A stretch of 64,000 nt of DNA, from NCBI RefSeq assembly GCF_013122565.1, contig NZ_CP053258.1; one strand, written 5' to 3'. This document shows positions 9,705 through 20,332 of this stretch, in pieces (position 1 is the first letter of the stretch; each line of letters begins with the position of its first letter). The position numbers and the translations under genes were made by a program. A model generated the notes under the pieces. It searched no databases. It saw only the letters and a list, made by a program, of their open reading frames with translations, and was not told the DNA's origin. The DNA is from Escherichia coli. Lineage in GTDB: Bacteria; Pseudomonadota; Gammaproteobacteria; Enterobacterales; Enterobacteriaceae.

Positions 9705-9770
9705 AGTGATATTTTACTATCAACCCGAGGCCTCCTATATGCAGAACACATGTAGAGTGCCTCTTACTGA
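9705..9770 (-). ncRNA. sokC: Putative sokC antisense RNA of the hokC/mokC toxin-antitoxin locus
   Basis: Placed by analogy with hok/sok organisation (antisense RNA overlapping the mok initiation region); the boundaries were not determined from the sequence. Confidence 0.3.
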
Positions 9771-9948
9771 CCGTAAGGTCAAGGAGAAGAGAGCAATGAA
9801 GCAGCATAAGGCGATGATTGTCGCCCTCATCGTCATCTGTATCACCGCCGTAGTGGCGGCGCTGGTAACGAGAAAAGACCTCTGTGAGGTTCACATCCGA
9901 ACTGGCCAGACGGAGGTTGCTGTTTTCACGGCTTACGAATCCGAGTAA
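9739..9948 (+). CDS. mokC: MokC, overlapping regulatory reading frame of hokC
   Basis: 69-codon frame (MQNTCRVPLTDRKVKEKRA...) ending at the same stop as hokC. Confidence 0.65.
   Translation: MQNTCRVPLTDRKVKEKRAMKQHKAMIVALIVICITAVVAALVTRKDLCEVHIRTGQTEVAVFTAYESE
9796..9948 (+). CDS. hokC: HokC (Gef) small membrane toxin, type I toxin-antitoxin
   Basis: 50 aa, MKQHKAMIVALIVICITAVVAALVTRKDLCEVHIRTGQTEVAVFTAYESE, matching Hok-family toxin. Confidence 0.9.
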   Translation: MKQHKAMIVALIVICITAVVAALVTRKDLCEVHIRTGQTEVAVFTAYESE

Positions 9949-10024
9949 GAGCAACGGCGGGGAGTGATCCCCGCCACTTTACAGGTGCTCGCATATCTTC
10001 AACGCACCCTATTTTTACCCAGGC

Positions 10025-10048
10025 CTGCCCACGAGCAGGCTTTTGGGG
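10025..10048. terminator. Hairpin between convergent hokC and dnaJ
   Basis: GCCTGC-ccacga-GCAGGC followed by TTTT on the + strand. Confidence 0.4.
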
Positions 10049-10051
10049 AGG

Positions 10052-11182
10052 TTAGCGGGTCAGGTCGTCAAAAAACTTCTTCACACCATCAAAGAAGCTC
10101 TTTGAGCGCGGGCTGTTGTGCTCGCCGGTTGGGCCACCGAAGCTTTCTTGCAGCTCTTGCAGCAGCTGTTTCTGCTTCTCGTTCAGGCCTACCGGTGTTT
10201 CGACGACAACGCGGCACAGCAAATCACCCTGTGCGCCACCGCGGACAGACTTGACGCCTTTACCGCGCATACGGAACAGCTTACCGGTCTGGGTTTCGCC
10301 AGGCACTTTCAGTTTGACGCGACCATCAAGGGTCGGTACTTCGATTTCACCCCCCAGCGCCGCCATAGCGAAGTTGATCGGGACTTCGCAATACAGGTTG
10401 TTGCCTTCACGCTCGAAAATCGGGTGCTGTTTAACCTGAACCTGAACGTACAGATCGCCTGCTGGTGCGCCATGCTCGCCCGCTTCACCTTCGCCCGCAA
10501 GACGGATGCGGTCTCCAGTGTCCACCCCTGCCGGGATTTTAACGGACAGCGTTTTGCTGCGCTCAACACGACCATGACCATGACATTTGTTGCACGGATC
10601 TTTGATCAGCGTACCGCGGCCCTGACAGTGTGGACAGGTCTGCTGCACGGCAAAGAAACCCTGGCGCATCTGCACCTGACCAGAACCATGACAGGTCGGA
10701 CAGGTCTGCGGCTGTGTACCTGGTTTTGCACCGCTACCGTGGCAAACGTCACACTCTTCCAGAGTCGGAATGCGGATCTCTTTGGTCACGCCACGTACAG
10801 CTTCTTCGAGGGTGAGCTCCATGTTATAGCGTAAATCAGCACCGCGCGCCGCACGTTGACGACCACGTCCGCCGCCAAAAATATCGCCGAAAACGTCACC
10901 AAAAATATCGCTGAAGTCTGCGCCACCGCCAAAACCGCCGCCGCCCATGCCACCTTGCTCAAACGCAGCATGACCATACTGATCGTATGCCGCACGTTTT
11001 TGTGAGTCGGTCAGAACTTCATAAGCTTCCTTGATCTCTTTAAATTTCGCCTCGGCCTCTTTGTCACCCTGGTTACGGTCCGGGTGGTATTTCATGGCCA
11101 GGCGTTTGTAGGCCTTTTTGATTTCACGCTCTTCCGCTGTTTTGGAAACGCCTAAAATCTCGTAATAATCTTGCTTAGCCAT
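10052..11182 (-). CDS. dnaJ: Chaperone DnaJ (Hsp40)
   Basis: [21 protein letters not shown]..., with G/F-rich region and four CxxCxGxG zinc-finger repeats; 376 aa. The track ORF extends 10 codons upstream. Confidence 0.97.
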
Positions 11183-11270
11183 CTTTTTTAAATTGCCCCT
11201 AGATGAATGCACGGGCGGAGAGGAAATTCCCCTTCGCCCGTGTCAGTATAATTACCCGTTTATAGGGCGA

Positions 11271-13187
11271 TTATTTTTTGTCTTTGACTTCTTCAAATTC
11301 AGCGTCGACAACATCGTCATCTTTCGCGTTGTTTGCAGAAGCATCAGCACCGGCAGTCTGCTGCTGGGCATGTTGCTGCTGGGCGATTTCCATCAGTTTC
11401 TGGGAAACCTGTGCCAGTTCCTGCATTTTCGCTTCGATAGCGGCTTTGTCTTCACCTTTCAGAGCAGTTTCCAGTGCAGTCAGCGCAGACTCGATAGCAG
11501 TTTTGTCGTCAGCCGGCAGTTTGTCGCCTGCTTCTTCAACCTGCTTACGGGTGCTGTGCAGCAGATGGTCGCCCTGGTTGCGAGTCTGTACCAGCTCTTC
11601 AAACTTACGGTCAGCTTCGGCGTTAGCTTCTGCGTCGCGTACCATTTTCTGGATTTCATCTTCGTTCAGACCAGAAGAAGCCTTGATGGTGATCTTCTGC
11701 TCTTTACCGCTGTTTTTATCTTTCGCGGAAACGTGCAGGATACCGTCAGCATCAATATCGAAGGTAACTTCGATCTGCGGCATGCCGCGCGGTGCCGGGT
11801 TGATACCATCCAGGTTGAACTGACCCAGAGATTTGTTATCAGCCGCACGTTTACGTTCACCCTGCAGCACGTGGATGGTTACCGCAGACTGGTTGTCTTC
11901 AGCGGTAGAGAACACCTGGCTGTGCTTGGTCGGGATAGTGGTGTTTTTCGCGATCAGCGTCGTCATCACACCGCCCATGGTTTCGATACCCAGAGACAGC
12001 GGGGTAACGTCCAGCAGCAGTACGTCTTTCACGTCACCAGTCAGAACACCACCCTGAACAGCAGCACCGATTGCTACAGCTTCGTCCGGGTTAACGTCTT
12101 TACGCGGCTCTTTACCAAAGAACTCAGCAACTTTCTTCTGAACCATTGGCATACGAGTCTGACCACCAACGAGGATAACGTCGTCGATATCAGATACGGA
12201 CAGGCCAGCGTCCTGCAGTGCAACTTTCAGCGGCTCAATGGAACGGTTTACCAGATCTTCAACCAGGCTTTCCAGTTTCGCACGAGTCACTTTGATGTTC
12301 ATGTGTTTCGGACCGGTCGCGTCTGCAGTGATGTACGGCAGGTTAACGTCGGTCTGCTGAGCAGAAGACAGTTCGATTTTCGCTTTTTCTGCCGCTTCTT
12401 TCAGGCGCTGCATTGCCAGCGGATCGTTGCGCAGGTCAATGCCCTGATCTTTCTTGAATTCTTCAACCAGGTAGTTGATCAGACGGCTGTCGAAGTCTTC
12501 ACCACCCAAGTGTGTATCACCGTTGGTTGCCAGAACTTCAAAGGTTTTTTCGCCGTCAACTTCGTCGATTTCGATAATAGAAATATCGAAAGTACCACCA
12601 CCCAGGTCATAAACCGCGATAGTACGGTTGCCAGTACCTTTGTCCAGACCGTAAGCCAGCGCAGCTGCGGTTGGTTCGTTAATGATACGTTTTACTTCCA
12701 GACCAGCGATACGGCCTGCGTCTTTCGTTGCCTGACGCTGAGCATCGTTAAAGTATGCCGGTACGGTAATAACAGCTTCAGTTACCGGTTCACCCAGGTA
12801 ATCTTCAGCGGTTTTCTTCATTTTTTTCAGCACTTCAGCAGAAATCTGCGGCGGTGCCATTTTTTGGCCTTTAACTTCGACCCATGCGTCGCCGTTATCA
12901 GCAGCAATAATTTTGAACGGCATGATGGAAACATCACGCTGTACTTCTTCGTCCTGGAAGCGGCGGCCAATCAGGCGTTTAATCGCAAACAGGGTGTTTT
13001 GCGGGTTCGTCACTGCCTGACGTTTAGCCGGCTGACCAACCAGAGTTTCACCATCCTGGGTATAGGCAATGATAGAAGGCGTGGTGCGATCGCCTTCGGC
13101 GTTCTCCAGCACACGAGGAGTGGTGCCATCCATAATCGCTACACAAGAGTTGGTAGTACCCAGGTCGATACCAATTATTTTACCCAT
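11271..13187 (-). CDS. dnaK: Chaperone DnaK (Hsp70)
   Basis: 638 aa, [21 protein letters not shown]..., full-length match to E. coli DnaK as recalled. Confidence 0.98.
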
Positions 13188-13304
13188 CTAAACGTCTCCA
13201 CTATATATTCGGTCATCATGTGGTTGTGAGTCTGTAATAGGGGCGAAACGTCTGGTTTCAACTGCCCAATTTCATTTTTTTGCAGACTCACTCACTGCGG
13301 TTGA

Positions 13305-13341
13305 CTACTAAATGGGGTCGTAACCCACGTCATCAAGGGGG
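13305..13341 (-). promoter_or_regulatory. Sigma-32 heat-shock promoter dnaK P1
   Basis: Minus-strand reading gives CCCCCTTGATGA (-35) and CCCCATTTAG (-10), matching the classic dnaK P1. Confidence 0.7.
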
Positions 13342-13563
13342 AGATGCAAAAATTTTTCGTGCTTTTGCGCAGAAATTTCGCGATATAGCAGGACAAGACG
13401 TAAAACTGAGAGCAATTTTATTCATATAAAGAATGAATCGCAGCCAAGGCATTCATCAAAAAATTGTAATAAAAAGAAAACATTACGTACCTGAATCTTC
13501 TCTTTATCAGCAGTAAACTAATGGGTATTCATCCCCCTACCTCTCCCTACTAAGAGAATCCTT

Positions 13564-13968
13564 ATGAAATCCGTTTTTACGATTTCCGCCAGCCTGGCGA
13601 TTAGTCTGATGCTGTGCTGCACGGCACAGGCAAACGACCATAAAATCCTCGGCGTCATTGCGATGCCACGTAACGAAACCAACGATCTGGCGCTGAAACT
13701 TCCTGTTTGTCGCATTGTTAAACGCATACAACTCTCTGCCGACCATGGCGATTTACAGTTAAGCGGTGCATCGGTTTATTTCAAAGCCGCACGTAGCGCC
13801 AGTCAGACCCTGAATATTCCTTCAGAAATAAAAGAAGGGCAAACCACTGACTGGATCAACATTAACAGTGATAACGACAATAAACGCTGCGTCTCAAAAA
13901 TCACCTTTTCTGGTCATACGGTGAACTCAACGGATATGGCCACGCTGAAAATTATCGGCGACGACTAA
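13564..13968 (+). CDS. yaaI: Exported DUF2541 protein YaaI
   Basis: 134 aa with signal peptide; position and sequence match K-12 yaaI, 377 bp upstream of and divergent from dnaK. Confidence 0.85.
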   Translation: MKSVFTISASLAISLMLCCTAQANDHKILGVIAMPRNETNDLALKLPVCRIVKRIQLSADHGDLQLSGASVYFKAARSASQTLNIPSEIKEGQTTDWININSDNDNKRCVSKITFSGHTVNSTDMATLKIIGDD

Positions 13969-13993
13969 CGCCAGAATATAGAAGCCACAAAAA

Positions 13994-14707
13994 ATGAATG
14001 TTAATTACCTGAATGATTCAGATCTGGATTTTCTCCAGCATTGTAGTGAGGAACAGTTGGCAAATTTCGCCCGATTGCTCACCCATAATGAAAAAGGCAA
14101 AACTCGCCTCTCCAGCGTACTGATGCGCAACGAACTGTTTAAATCGATGGAAGGGCATCCCGAGCAACATCGCCGCAACTGGCAGCTGATTGCCGGAGAA
14201 TTACAGCATTTTGGTGGCGATAGTATCGCCAACAAACTGCGTGGACACGGTAAATTGTATCGGGCCATTTTGCTCGATGTTTCAAAGCGATTGAAGCTGA
14301 AAGCCGACAAAGAGATGTCTACGTTTGAGATTGAGCAACAGTTACTGGAACAATTTCTGCGTAATACCTGGAAGAAAATGGACGAGGAACATAAGCAGGA
14401 GTTTCTGCACGCGGTCGATGCCAGGGTGAATGAGCTGGAAGAGCTGCTGCCGCTGCTGATGAAAGACAAATTATTGGCAAAAGGTGTGTCGCATTTGCTT
14501 TCCAGCCAATTGACCCGCATTTTACGCACCCACGCAGCAATGAGCGTGCTTGGGCATGGTTTGCTGCGCGGCGCGGGTCTGGGAGGCCCTGTGGGTGCAG
14601 CATTAAATGGGGTTAAAGCGGTCAGCGGCAGCGCCTATCGCGTGACGATTCCAGCCGTACTGCAAATCGCCTGCCTGCGCCGGATGGTTAGCGCCACTCA
14701 GGTCTGA
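13994..14707 (+). CDS. yaaW: Uncharacterized protein YaaW
   Basis: 237 aa, conserved position between yaaI and satP. Confidence 0.85.
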   Translation: MNVNYLNDSDLDFLQHCSEEQLANFARLLTHNEKGKTRLSSVLMRNELFKSMEGHPEQHRRNWQLIAGELQHFGGDSIANKLRGHGKLYRAILLDVSKRLKLKADKEMSTFEIEQQLLEQFLRNTWKKMDEEHKQEFLHAVDARVNELEELLPLLMKDKLLAKGVSHLLSSQLTRILRTHAAMSVLGHGLLRGAGLGGPVGAALNGVKAVSGSAYRVTIPAVLQIACLRRMVSATQV

Positions 14708-14855
14708 TACCGGAAACCGGGGAAAATTTTCATTTTCCCCTCAAAAGATCGTAGACACTGCCCCACTGGCTGATTATTATGCCGCGCCCTGAAAACACTA
14801 CAGTTATTCAGGGAAATTATTTCACCATTCATTCGATGATGATTTTTGAGGAATT

Positions 14856-15422
14856 ATGGGCAACACTAAGTTGGCTAATCCGGCACCGCTGGGCCTGATG
14901 GGCTTCGGCATGACCACCATTCTGCTTAACCTGCACAACGTGGGTTATTTCGCTCTGGACGGTATTATTCTTGCCATGGGCATTTTCTACGGCGGCATCG
15001 CGCAAATTTTTGCCGGTCTGCTGGAGTACAAAAAAGGCAACACTTTCGGTTTAACCGCATTCACCTCTTACGGTTCTTTCTGGCTGACGCTGGTTGCGAT
15101 TCTGCTGATGCCGAAACTGGGTCTGACCGATGCGCCAAATGCACAGTTCCTTGGTGTCTACCTGGGGCTGTGGGGCGTATTTACGCTGTTTATGTTCTTC
15201 GGCACGCTGAAAGGCGCACGCGTCCTGCAATTCGTTTTCTTTAGCCTGACCGTGCTGTTTGCCCTGCTGGCGATCGGTAACATTGCCGGTAATGCCGCGA
15301 TCATCCACTTTGCCGGCTGGATTGGTCTGATCTGCGGTGCCAGCGCAATCTATCTGGCGATGGGTGAAGTGCTGAACGAGCAGTTTGGTCGCACCGTTCT
15401 GCCGATTGGTGAATCCCACTAA
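14856..15422 (+). CDS. satP: Succinate-acetate/proton symporter SatP (YaaH)
   Basis: 188 aa, six-TM GPR1/FUN34/YaaH-family sequence (MGNTKLANPAPLGLMGFGMTT...). Confidence 0.9.
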   Translation: MGNTKLANPAPLGLMGFGMTTILLNLHNVGYFALDGIILAMGIFYGGIAQIFAGLLEYKKGNTFGLTAFTSYGSFWLTLVAILLMPKLGLTDAPNAQFLGVYLGLWGVFTLFMFFGTLKGARVLQFVFFSLTVLFALLAIGNIAGNAAIIHFAGWIGLICGASAIYLAMGEVLNEQFGRTVLPIGESH

Positions 15423-15432
15423 TTGTTTTGAG

Positions 15433-15458
15433 ATCCCCCCGCTCGGGGGGATTTTTTT
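15433..15458 (+). terminator. Rho-independent terminator after satP
   Basis: TCCCCCC-gctc-GGGGGGA followed by TTTTTTT. Confidence 0.55.
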
Positions 15459-16044
15459 ATTCGCTAACGTCGCGTCTTGCACTCTTCGGTCTGAATGCAG
15501 CAACCACTTCTGGTGCCGTTTCAACGTATGGCCCTTCCAGCAACTGAATGCAGTACGGTACGCTGGCAAAAATACCGTGTACCACAACGTTACCCTCAGC
15601 GTCCTTCACACCTTCCAGCGTCTCTTTAATAGACTTCGGCTGACCGGGTAAGTTAAGGATCAGCGCCTGTTTGCGAATCACGCCCACCTGACGCGAAAGG
15701 ATCGCAGTTGGTACAAAATGCAGGCTGATCTGGCGCATCTGTTCACCAAAGCCAGGCATCTCGCGGTCCGCTACTGCCAGCGTCGCATCGGGCGTTACGT
15801 CACGACGCGCCGGGCCAGTTCCGCCCGTGGTGAGCACCAGATGGCAACTCATTTCATCCACCAGCTCACACAACGTTTGCTCGATGATCGCCTGCTCATC
15901 GGGGATTAAGCGGGTTTCCAGTTCAAACGGCGTGGTTAGCGCCGATGTCAGCCATTCTTCCAGCGCAGGGATGCCTTTATCCTGATAAACGCCGCTGGAT
16001 GCGCGATCAGAGATGGAAACTAAGCCAATACGTAAAGTATTCAT
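15457..16044 (-). CDS. mog: Molybdopterin adenylyltransferase Mog
   Basis: MNTLRIGLVSISDRASSGVY...; the track ORF has one extra N-terminal Met. Confidence 0.93.
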   Translation of the reverse strand: MNTLRIGLVSISDRASSGVYQDKGIPALEEWLTSALTTPFELETRLIPDEQAIIEQTLCELVDEMSCHLVLTTGGTGPARRDVTPDATLAVADREMPGFGEQMRQISLHFVPTAILSRQVGVIRKQALILNLPGQPKSIKETLEGVKDAEGNVVVHGIFASVPYCIQLLEGPYVETAPEVVAAFRPKSARRDVSE

Positions 16045-16158
16045 CAAGATTTTTCCGTTTAAACAGTCTCGTTAAACAGAATGATACACTGCGAAGGGAG
16101 TGACAGACAGGCTTCAGAAGAGGTAGCGTGACCGACTTCCCGGTCACGCTAAGAATGA

Positions 16159-17112
16159 TTACAGCAGATCGCCGATCATTTTTTCCAGTTTTTCCTGGTC
16201 AATAGCAAACTTACGGATACCTTCCGCCAGTTTATCTACTGCCATTGGATCCTGGTTGTGCTGCCACAGGAACTCGGACTCAGTGATACGCGCCGGACGC
16301 GCTTTCACTTCGCCGGTGTAAGACAGTTTACGTTCGATAGCCCCTTCGCTCTCCGCCAGCTCTTTCAGCAGTGCCGGTGCGATGGTCAGACGGTCACAGC
16401 CTGCCAGTTCCAGAATTTCGCCGATGTTACGGAAGCTTGCGCCCATAACCACGGTTTCATAACCGTGCTCTTTGTAGTACTGGTAGATTTCAGATACAGA
16501 AACCACGCCCGGATCTTCTGCCGGAGCGTACTCTTTCTTATCGGTATTCGCTTTGTACCAGTCAAGAATACGGCCAACAAACGGCGAGATCAGGAACACG
16601 CCCGCTTCCGCACAAGCACGAGCCTGAGCGAAGGAGAACAGCAGGGTCAGGTTACAGTTGATGCCTTCTTTTTCCAGCTGTTCCGCAGCACGGATACCCT
16701 GCCAGGTAGAAGCCAGTTTGATCAGAATACGATCGTTGCTAATACCTGCATCGTTGTAGAGTTTGATCAGGCGTTTTGCTTTCGCAATTGACGCTTCGGT
16801 GTCATAGGAAAGACGCGCATCAACTTCAGTTGAGATACGGCCCGGAACCAGTTTCAGGATTTCCAGACCAATATTTACTGCCAGTTTGTCGGTCGCGTCC
16901 ACGATCTGCTGCGCGCGATCGTTGCTCTGCTGTTTCGCCCAGGCGACAGCATCATCAATCAACTTACGGTATTCCGGAATCTGCGCTGCGTTAAGAATGA
17001 GAGAAGGGTTGGTTGTGGCATCCTGCGGTTGATACAGCTTCATTGCCGCGATGTCCCCAGTGTCGGCCACTACGGTGGTGTACTGACGAAGGGAGGTCAA
17101 TTTGTCCGTCAT
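16159..17112 (-). CDS. talB: Transaldolase B
   Basis: [40 protein letters not shown]...; 317 aa. The track ORF extends 21 codons upstream. Confidence 0.95.
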
Positions 17113-17390
17113 GATAGTATTTCTCTTTAAACAGCTTGTTAGGGGGATGTAACCGGTCTGCCCTGATGATATCACGACGCAACGTCAGCGCAACCGCCGA
17201 CAAGACGGTTATCGCCAGGCGAGACTGTTTCGGATTTCTGACACTGCGTTGATATCGCCCGCCATTTTTAAACAAAACCTCATGTATGCTACGCAGAAGT
17301 TATCAAGTACCTCGTAGCGTATATAATTCTTAAACAATTGGTAACGTTTACACAGGAAAGTCATCGCGACCGGCAATAAGAGGGATATGC

Positions 17391-18821
17391 ATGCCAGATT
17401 TTTTCTCCTTTATTAACAGCGTCCTTTGGGGATCGGTAATGATTTACCTGCTCTTCGGCGCAGGTTGTTGGTTCACTTTTCGCACCGGATTTGTGCAGTT
17501 TCGCTACATCCGCCAGTTTGGCAAAAGTCTTAAAAATAGCATTCATCCACAGCCAGGCGGTTTAACCTCATTTCAGTCATTGTGTACCAGTCTTGCGGCG
17601 CGCGTGGGTAGCGGCAACCTGGCTGGCGTTGCGCTGGCTATTACCGCCGGTGGACCTGGAGCCGTCTTCTGGATGTGGGTTGCTGCGTTTATCGGCATGG
17701 CGACCTCGTTTGCCGAATGTTCCCTGGCACAACTATATAAAGAACGTGACGTCAATGGGCAGTTTCGTGGCGGACCGGCATGGTATATGGCGCGCGGGCT
17801 GGGGATGCGCTGGATGGGCGTTCTGTTCGCCGTCTTTTTGCTCATCGCCTACGGCATAATTTTCAGCGGAGTTCAGGCGAACGCCGTTGCCCGCGCCCTA
17901 AGTTTTTCTTTTGATTTTCCTCCGCTGGTGACAGGCATTATTCTCGCTGTCTTTGCTCTGCTGGCAATCACTCGAGGTCTTCATGGCGTCGCCCGGCTCA
18001 TGCAAGGGTTTGTCCCGTTGATGGCGATAATCTGGGTGCTGACCAGCCTGGTGATTTGCGTAATGAATATCGGGCAACTTCCCCACGTCATTTGGTCTAT
18101 TTTTGAGAGTGCTTTTGGCTGGCAGGAAGCGGCAGGCGGCGCGGCGGGATATACCTTAAGCCAGGCGATTACTAACGGTTTTCAGCGCAGTATGTTTTCC
18201 AATGAGGCGGGAATGGGTTCGACGCCAAACGCGGCAGCAGCAGCGGCGTCCTGGCCTCCGCATCCGGCAGCGCAAGGAATTGTCCAGATGATTGGCATTT
18301 TTATCGACACCCTGGTCATCTGTACGGCAAGCGCCATGCTGATATTACTGGCGGGTAACGGCACAACCTACATGCCGCTGGAAGGTATTCAGCTTATCCA
18401 GAAGGCGATGCGGGTGCTAATGGGTTCCTGGGGTGCTGAGTTTGTTACCCTCGTGGTTATTCTGTTTGCCTTCAGCTCCATCGTTGCCAACTACATTTAT
18501 GCCGAAAACAATCTCTTCTTTTTACGCCTGAATAACCCTAAAGCGATCTGGTGTTTGCGGATCTGCACCTTCGCAACGGTCATCGGCGGCACCTTGCTAA
18601 GTCTTCCGCTGATGTGGCAACTGGCAGATATCATAATGGCCTGCATGGCTATTACCAATTTGACCGCCATTTTACTGCTCTCGCCTGTAGTTCATACCAT
18701 TGCCAGTGATTATCTACGCCAGCGTAAACTCGGCGTGCGCCCGGTGTTTGAACCGTTGCGTTATCCGGATATCGGTCGCCAGCTTTCTCCGGACGCGTGG
18801 GATGATGTTTCGCAGGAGTAA
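17391..18821 (+). CDS. yaaJ: Sodium:alanine symporter-family transporter YaaJ
   Basis: 476-aa polytopic membrane protein in the conserved position. Confidence 0.9.
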   Translation: MPDFFSFINSVLWGSVMIYLLFGAGCWFTFRTGFVQFRYIRQFGKSLKNSIHPQPGGLTSFQSLCTSLAARVGSGNLAGVALAITAGGPGAVFWMWVAAFIGMATSFAECSLAQLYKERDVNGQFRGGPAWYMARGLGMRWMGVLFAVFLLIAYGIIFSGVQANAVARALSFSFDFPPLVTGIILAVFALLAITRGLHGVARLMQGFVPLMAIIWVLTSLVICVMNIGQLPHVIWSIFESAFGWQEAAGGAAGYTLSQAITNGFQRSMFSNEAGMGSTPNAAAAAASWPPHPAAQGIVQMIGIFIDTLVICTASAMLILLAGNGTTYMPLEGIQLIQKAMRVLMGSWGAEFVTLVVILFAFSSIVANYIYAENNLFFLRLNNPKAIWCLRICTFATVIGGTLLSLPLMWQLADIIMACMAITNLTAILLLSPVVHTIASDYLRQRKLGVRPVFEPLRYPDIGRQLSPDAWDDVSQE

Positions 18822-18890
18822 TCACAACTATCGATCAACTCATTCTCTTTTTTTGCTAAAGTCGGCATAAATTTCCTGCAAGGACTGGAT

Positions 18891-19667
18891 ATGCTGATTC
18901 TTATTTCACCTGCGAAAACGCTTGATTACCAAAGCCCGTTGACCACCTCGCGCTATACGCTGCCGGAACTGTTAGACAATTCCCAGCAGTTGATCCATGA
19001 AGCGCGGAAACTGACGCCTCCGCAGATTAGCACGCTGATGCGCATCAGCGACAAACTGGCGGGTATCAACGCCGCTCGCTTTCATGACTGGCAGCCAGAT
19101 TTCACGCCGGAGAATGCCCGCCAGGCGATTCTGGCGTTTAAAGGTGATGTCTACACCGGCTTGCAGGCCGAAACCTTCAGCGAAGACGATTTCGATTTTG
19201 CCCAACAGCATTTGCGAATGCTTTCCGGCTTGTATGGCGTACTGCGCCCGCTCGATTTAATGCAGCCTTATCGTCTGGAAATGGGGATCCGTCTTGAGAA
19301 TGCCCGAGGGAAAGATCTGTATCAATTCTGGGGAGATATCATCACCAACAAGCTGAACGAGGCGCTCGCAGCACAAGGCGATAATGTGGTGATTAATCTG
19401 GCGTCAGATGAGTATTTTAAATCGGTGAAGCCGAAGAAATTGAATGCCGAGATTATCAAGCCGGTGTTCCTCGATGAGAAGAACGGCAAATTTAAGATCA
19501 TCAGCTTCTACGCTAAGAAAGCACGCGGTCTGATGAGTCGTTTCATTATTGAAAATCGGCTGACCAAACCAGAGCAACTGACTGGTTTTAATAGCGAAGG
19601 TTACTTCTTTGATGAAGCTTCCTCCAGCCATGGCGAACTGGTGTTTAAACGCTACGAGCAGCGTTAA
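18891..19667 (+). CDS. yaaA: Peroxide stress resistance protein YaaA (DUF328)
   Basis: 258 aa, [17 protein letters not shown]... Confidence 0.9.
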   Translation: MLILISPAKTLDYQSPLTTSRYTLPELLDNSQQLIHEARKLTPPQISTLMRISDKLAGINAARFHDWQPDFTPENARQAILAFKGDVYTGLQAETFSEDDFDFAQQHLRMLSGLYGVLRPLDLMQPYRLEMGIRLENARGKDLYQFWGDIITNKLNEALAAQGDNVVINLASDEYFKSVKPKKLNAEIIKPVFLDEKNGKFKIISFYAKKARGLMSRFIIENRLTKPEQLTGFNSEGYFFDEASSSHGELVFKRYEQR

Positions 19668-19675
19668 GTTTGTAG

Positions 19676-19792
19676 TCAATGTCGGATGCGGCGTGAACAC
19701 CTTATCCGGCCTACAAAAGCATGCAGATTCAATATATTGCAGAATTCACGTAGGCCTGATAAGACGCGCCAGCGTCGCATCAGGCGCTGAAT
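19676..19792. repeat. REP (repetitive extragenic palindromic) elements
   Basis: GCCGGATGCGGCGTGAAC.CCTTATCCGGCCTAC-type palindromes between yaaA and yaaX. Confidence 0.7.
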
Positions 19793-19819
19793 GGCGGACT
19801 GTTACCCGGCATTTGTTAT

Positions 19820-20119
19820 TTAGCGGTGATGTTTGCCTGGACCATTACCGCCGTGATGATCATGATGAGCTTTCTTATGGTGACGCGGCGGCGGTGGCGG
19901 CGGTCCGTGTGAGTGCCAGCGATTGCCTCGCCATTCATAATGTTGTTTCCACCAGCTGTGGTCGCGCCAGTGACCGCCATCCCAGTAATAGCCACGATTA
20001 TCACGATCGCCTATCTGTAATTTTACTGACGGGACTAACGTAATTTCCGCAGCCTGCGCTGCCATGGGAGCGACCAGAACCAGGGAAAGTGCGAGTACGA
20101 TAGATTGCATCTTTTTCAC
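19820..20119 (-). CDS. yaaX: DUF2502 secreted His/Pro-rich protein YaaX
   Basis: 99 aa with signal peptide and His/Trp/Pro-rich tail. Confidence 0.85.
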   Translation of the reverse strand: MKKMQSIVLALSLVLVAPMAAQAAEITLVPSVKLQIGDRDNRGYYWDGGHWRDHSWWKQHYEWRGNRWHSHGPPPPPPRHHKKAHHDHHGGNGPGKHHR

Positions 20120-20273
20120 AGGTTACTCCTTTTATCATTGCCCGTTATGGGTCGATATCCGGAGATTACGCGATGAGAACGGCGGTTGTTATTCTCCGCA
20201 ATCCTAATCTCTAAGTTACCGCATTTATTGAGAATTTCTCCTTTTTCCCTGTCGTTTCTCTCCATATTTTCTT

Positions 20274-20310
20274 CACAAAAAAGCCGGGCTGCATAAAAGC
20301 AAACCCGGCC
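20274..20310 (-). terminator. thr operon rho-independent terminator
   Basis: Minus-strand stem GCCGGG...CCCGGC followed by UUUUUU, directly downstream of thrC. Confidence 0.6.
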
Positions 20311-20332
20311 TGATTGAGATAATGAATAGATG

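Noticed and set aside
9949-10051. Looked for IS186 or IS1 copies at the K-12 insertion sites (dnaJ-hokC and downstream of nhaR)
   Set aside because: No transposase-length ORF or terminal inverted repeats are present at either site. The intervals are short, so no mobile element is annotated; the absence itself is reported as a finding.
11193-13229. 678-aa ORF on the + strand, longer than dnaK itself
   Set aside because: It is fully antisense to dnaK, which has an unambiguous full-length match. The translation is low-complexity with no recognisable domain, and long antisense ORFs are a common by-product of strongly biased codon usage. The same reasoning rejects the antisense ORFs opposite dnaJ (10118-10834), prfC (55326-56816), deoB (45482-46294), deoA (46571-47410), deoC (48052-48828), osmY (53911-54603), yjjW (50599-51345), ettA (37749-38519, 36915-37256), serB (41458-42078) and yjjU (52640-53065).
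14005-14529. 174-aa ORF antisense to yaaW, at the position of the historical htgA annotation
   Set aside because: It overlaps yaaW completely on the opposite strand, and htgA is regarded as a dubious annotation. There is no independent support in the sequence (no RBS or domain signature), so it is not called as a gene.
19820-20004. 62-aa plus-strand ORF with a His/Thr-rich repetitive translation
   Set aside because: It is the antisense reading of the His/Pro/Trp-rich yaaX gene; low complexity on one strand gives a low-complexity ORF on the other.
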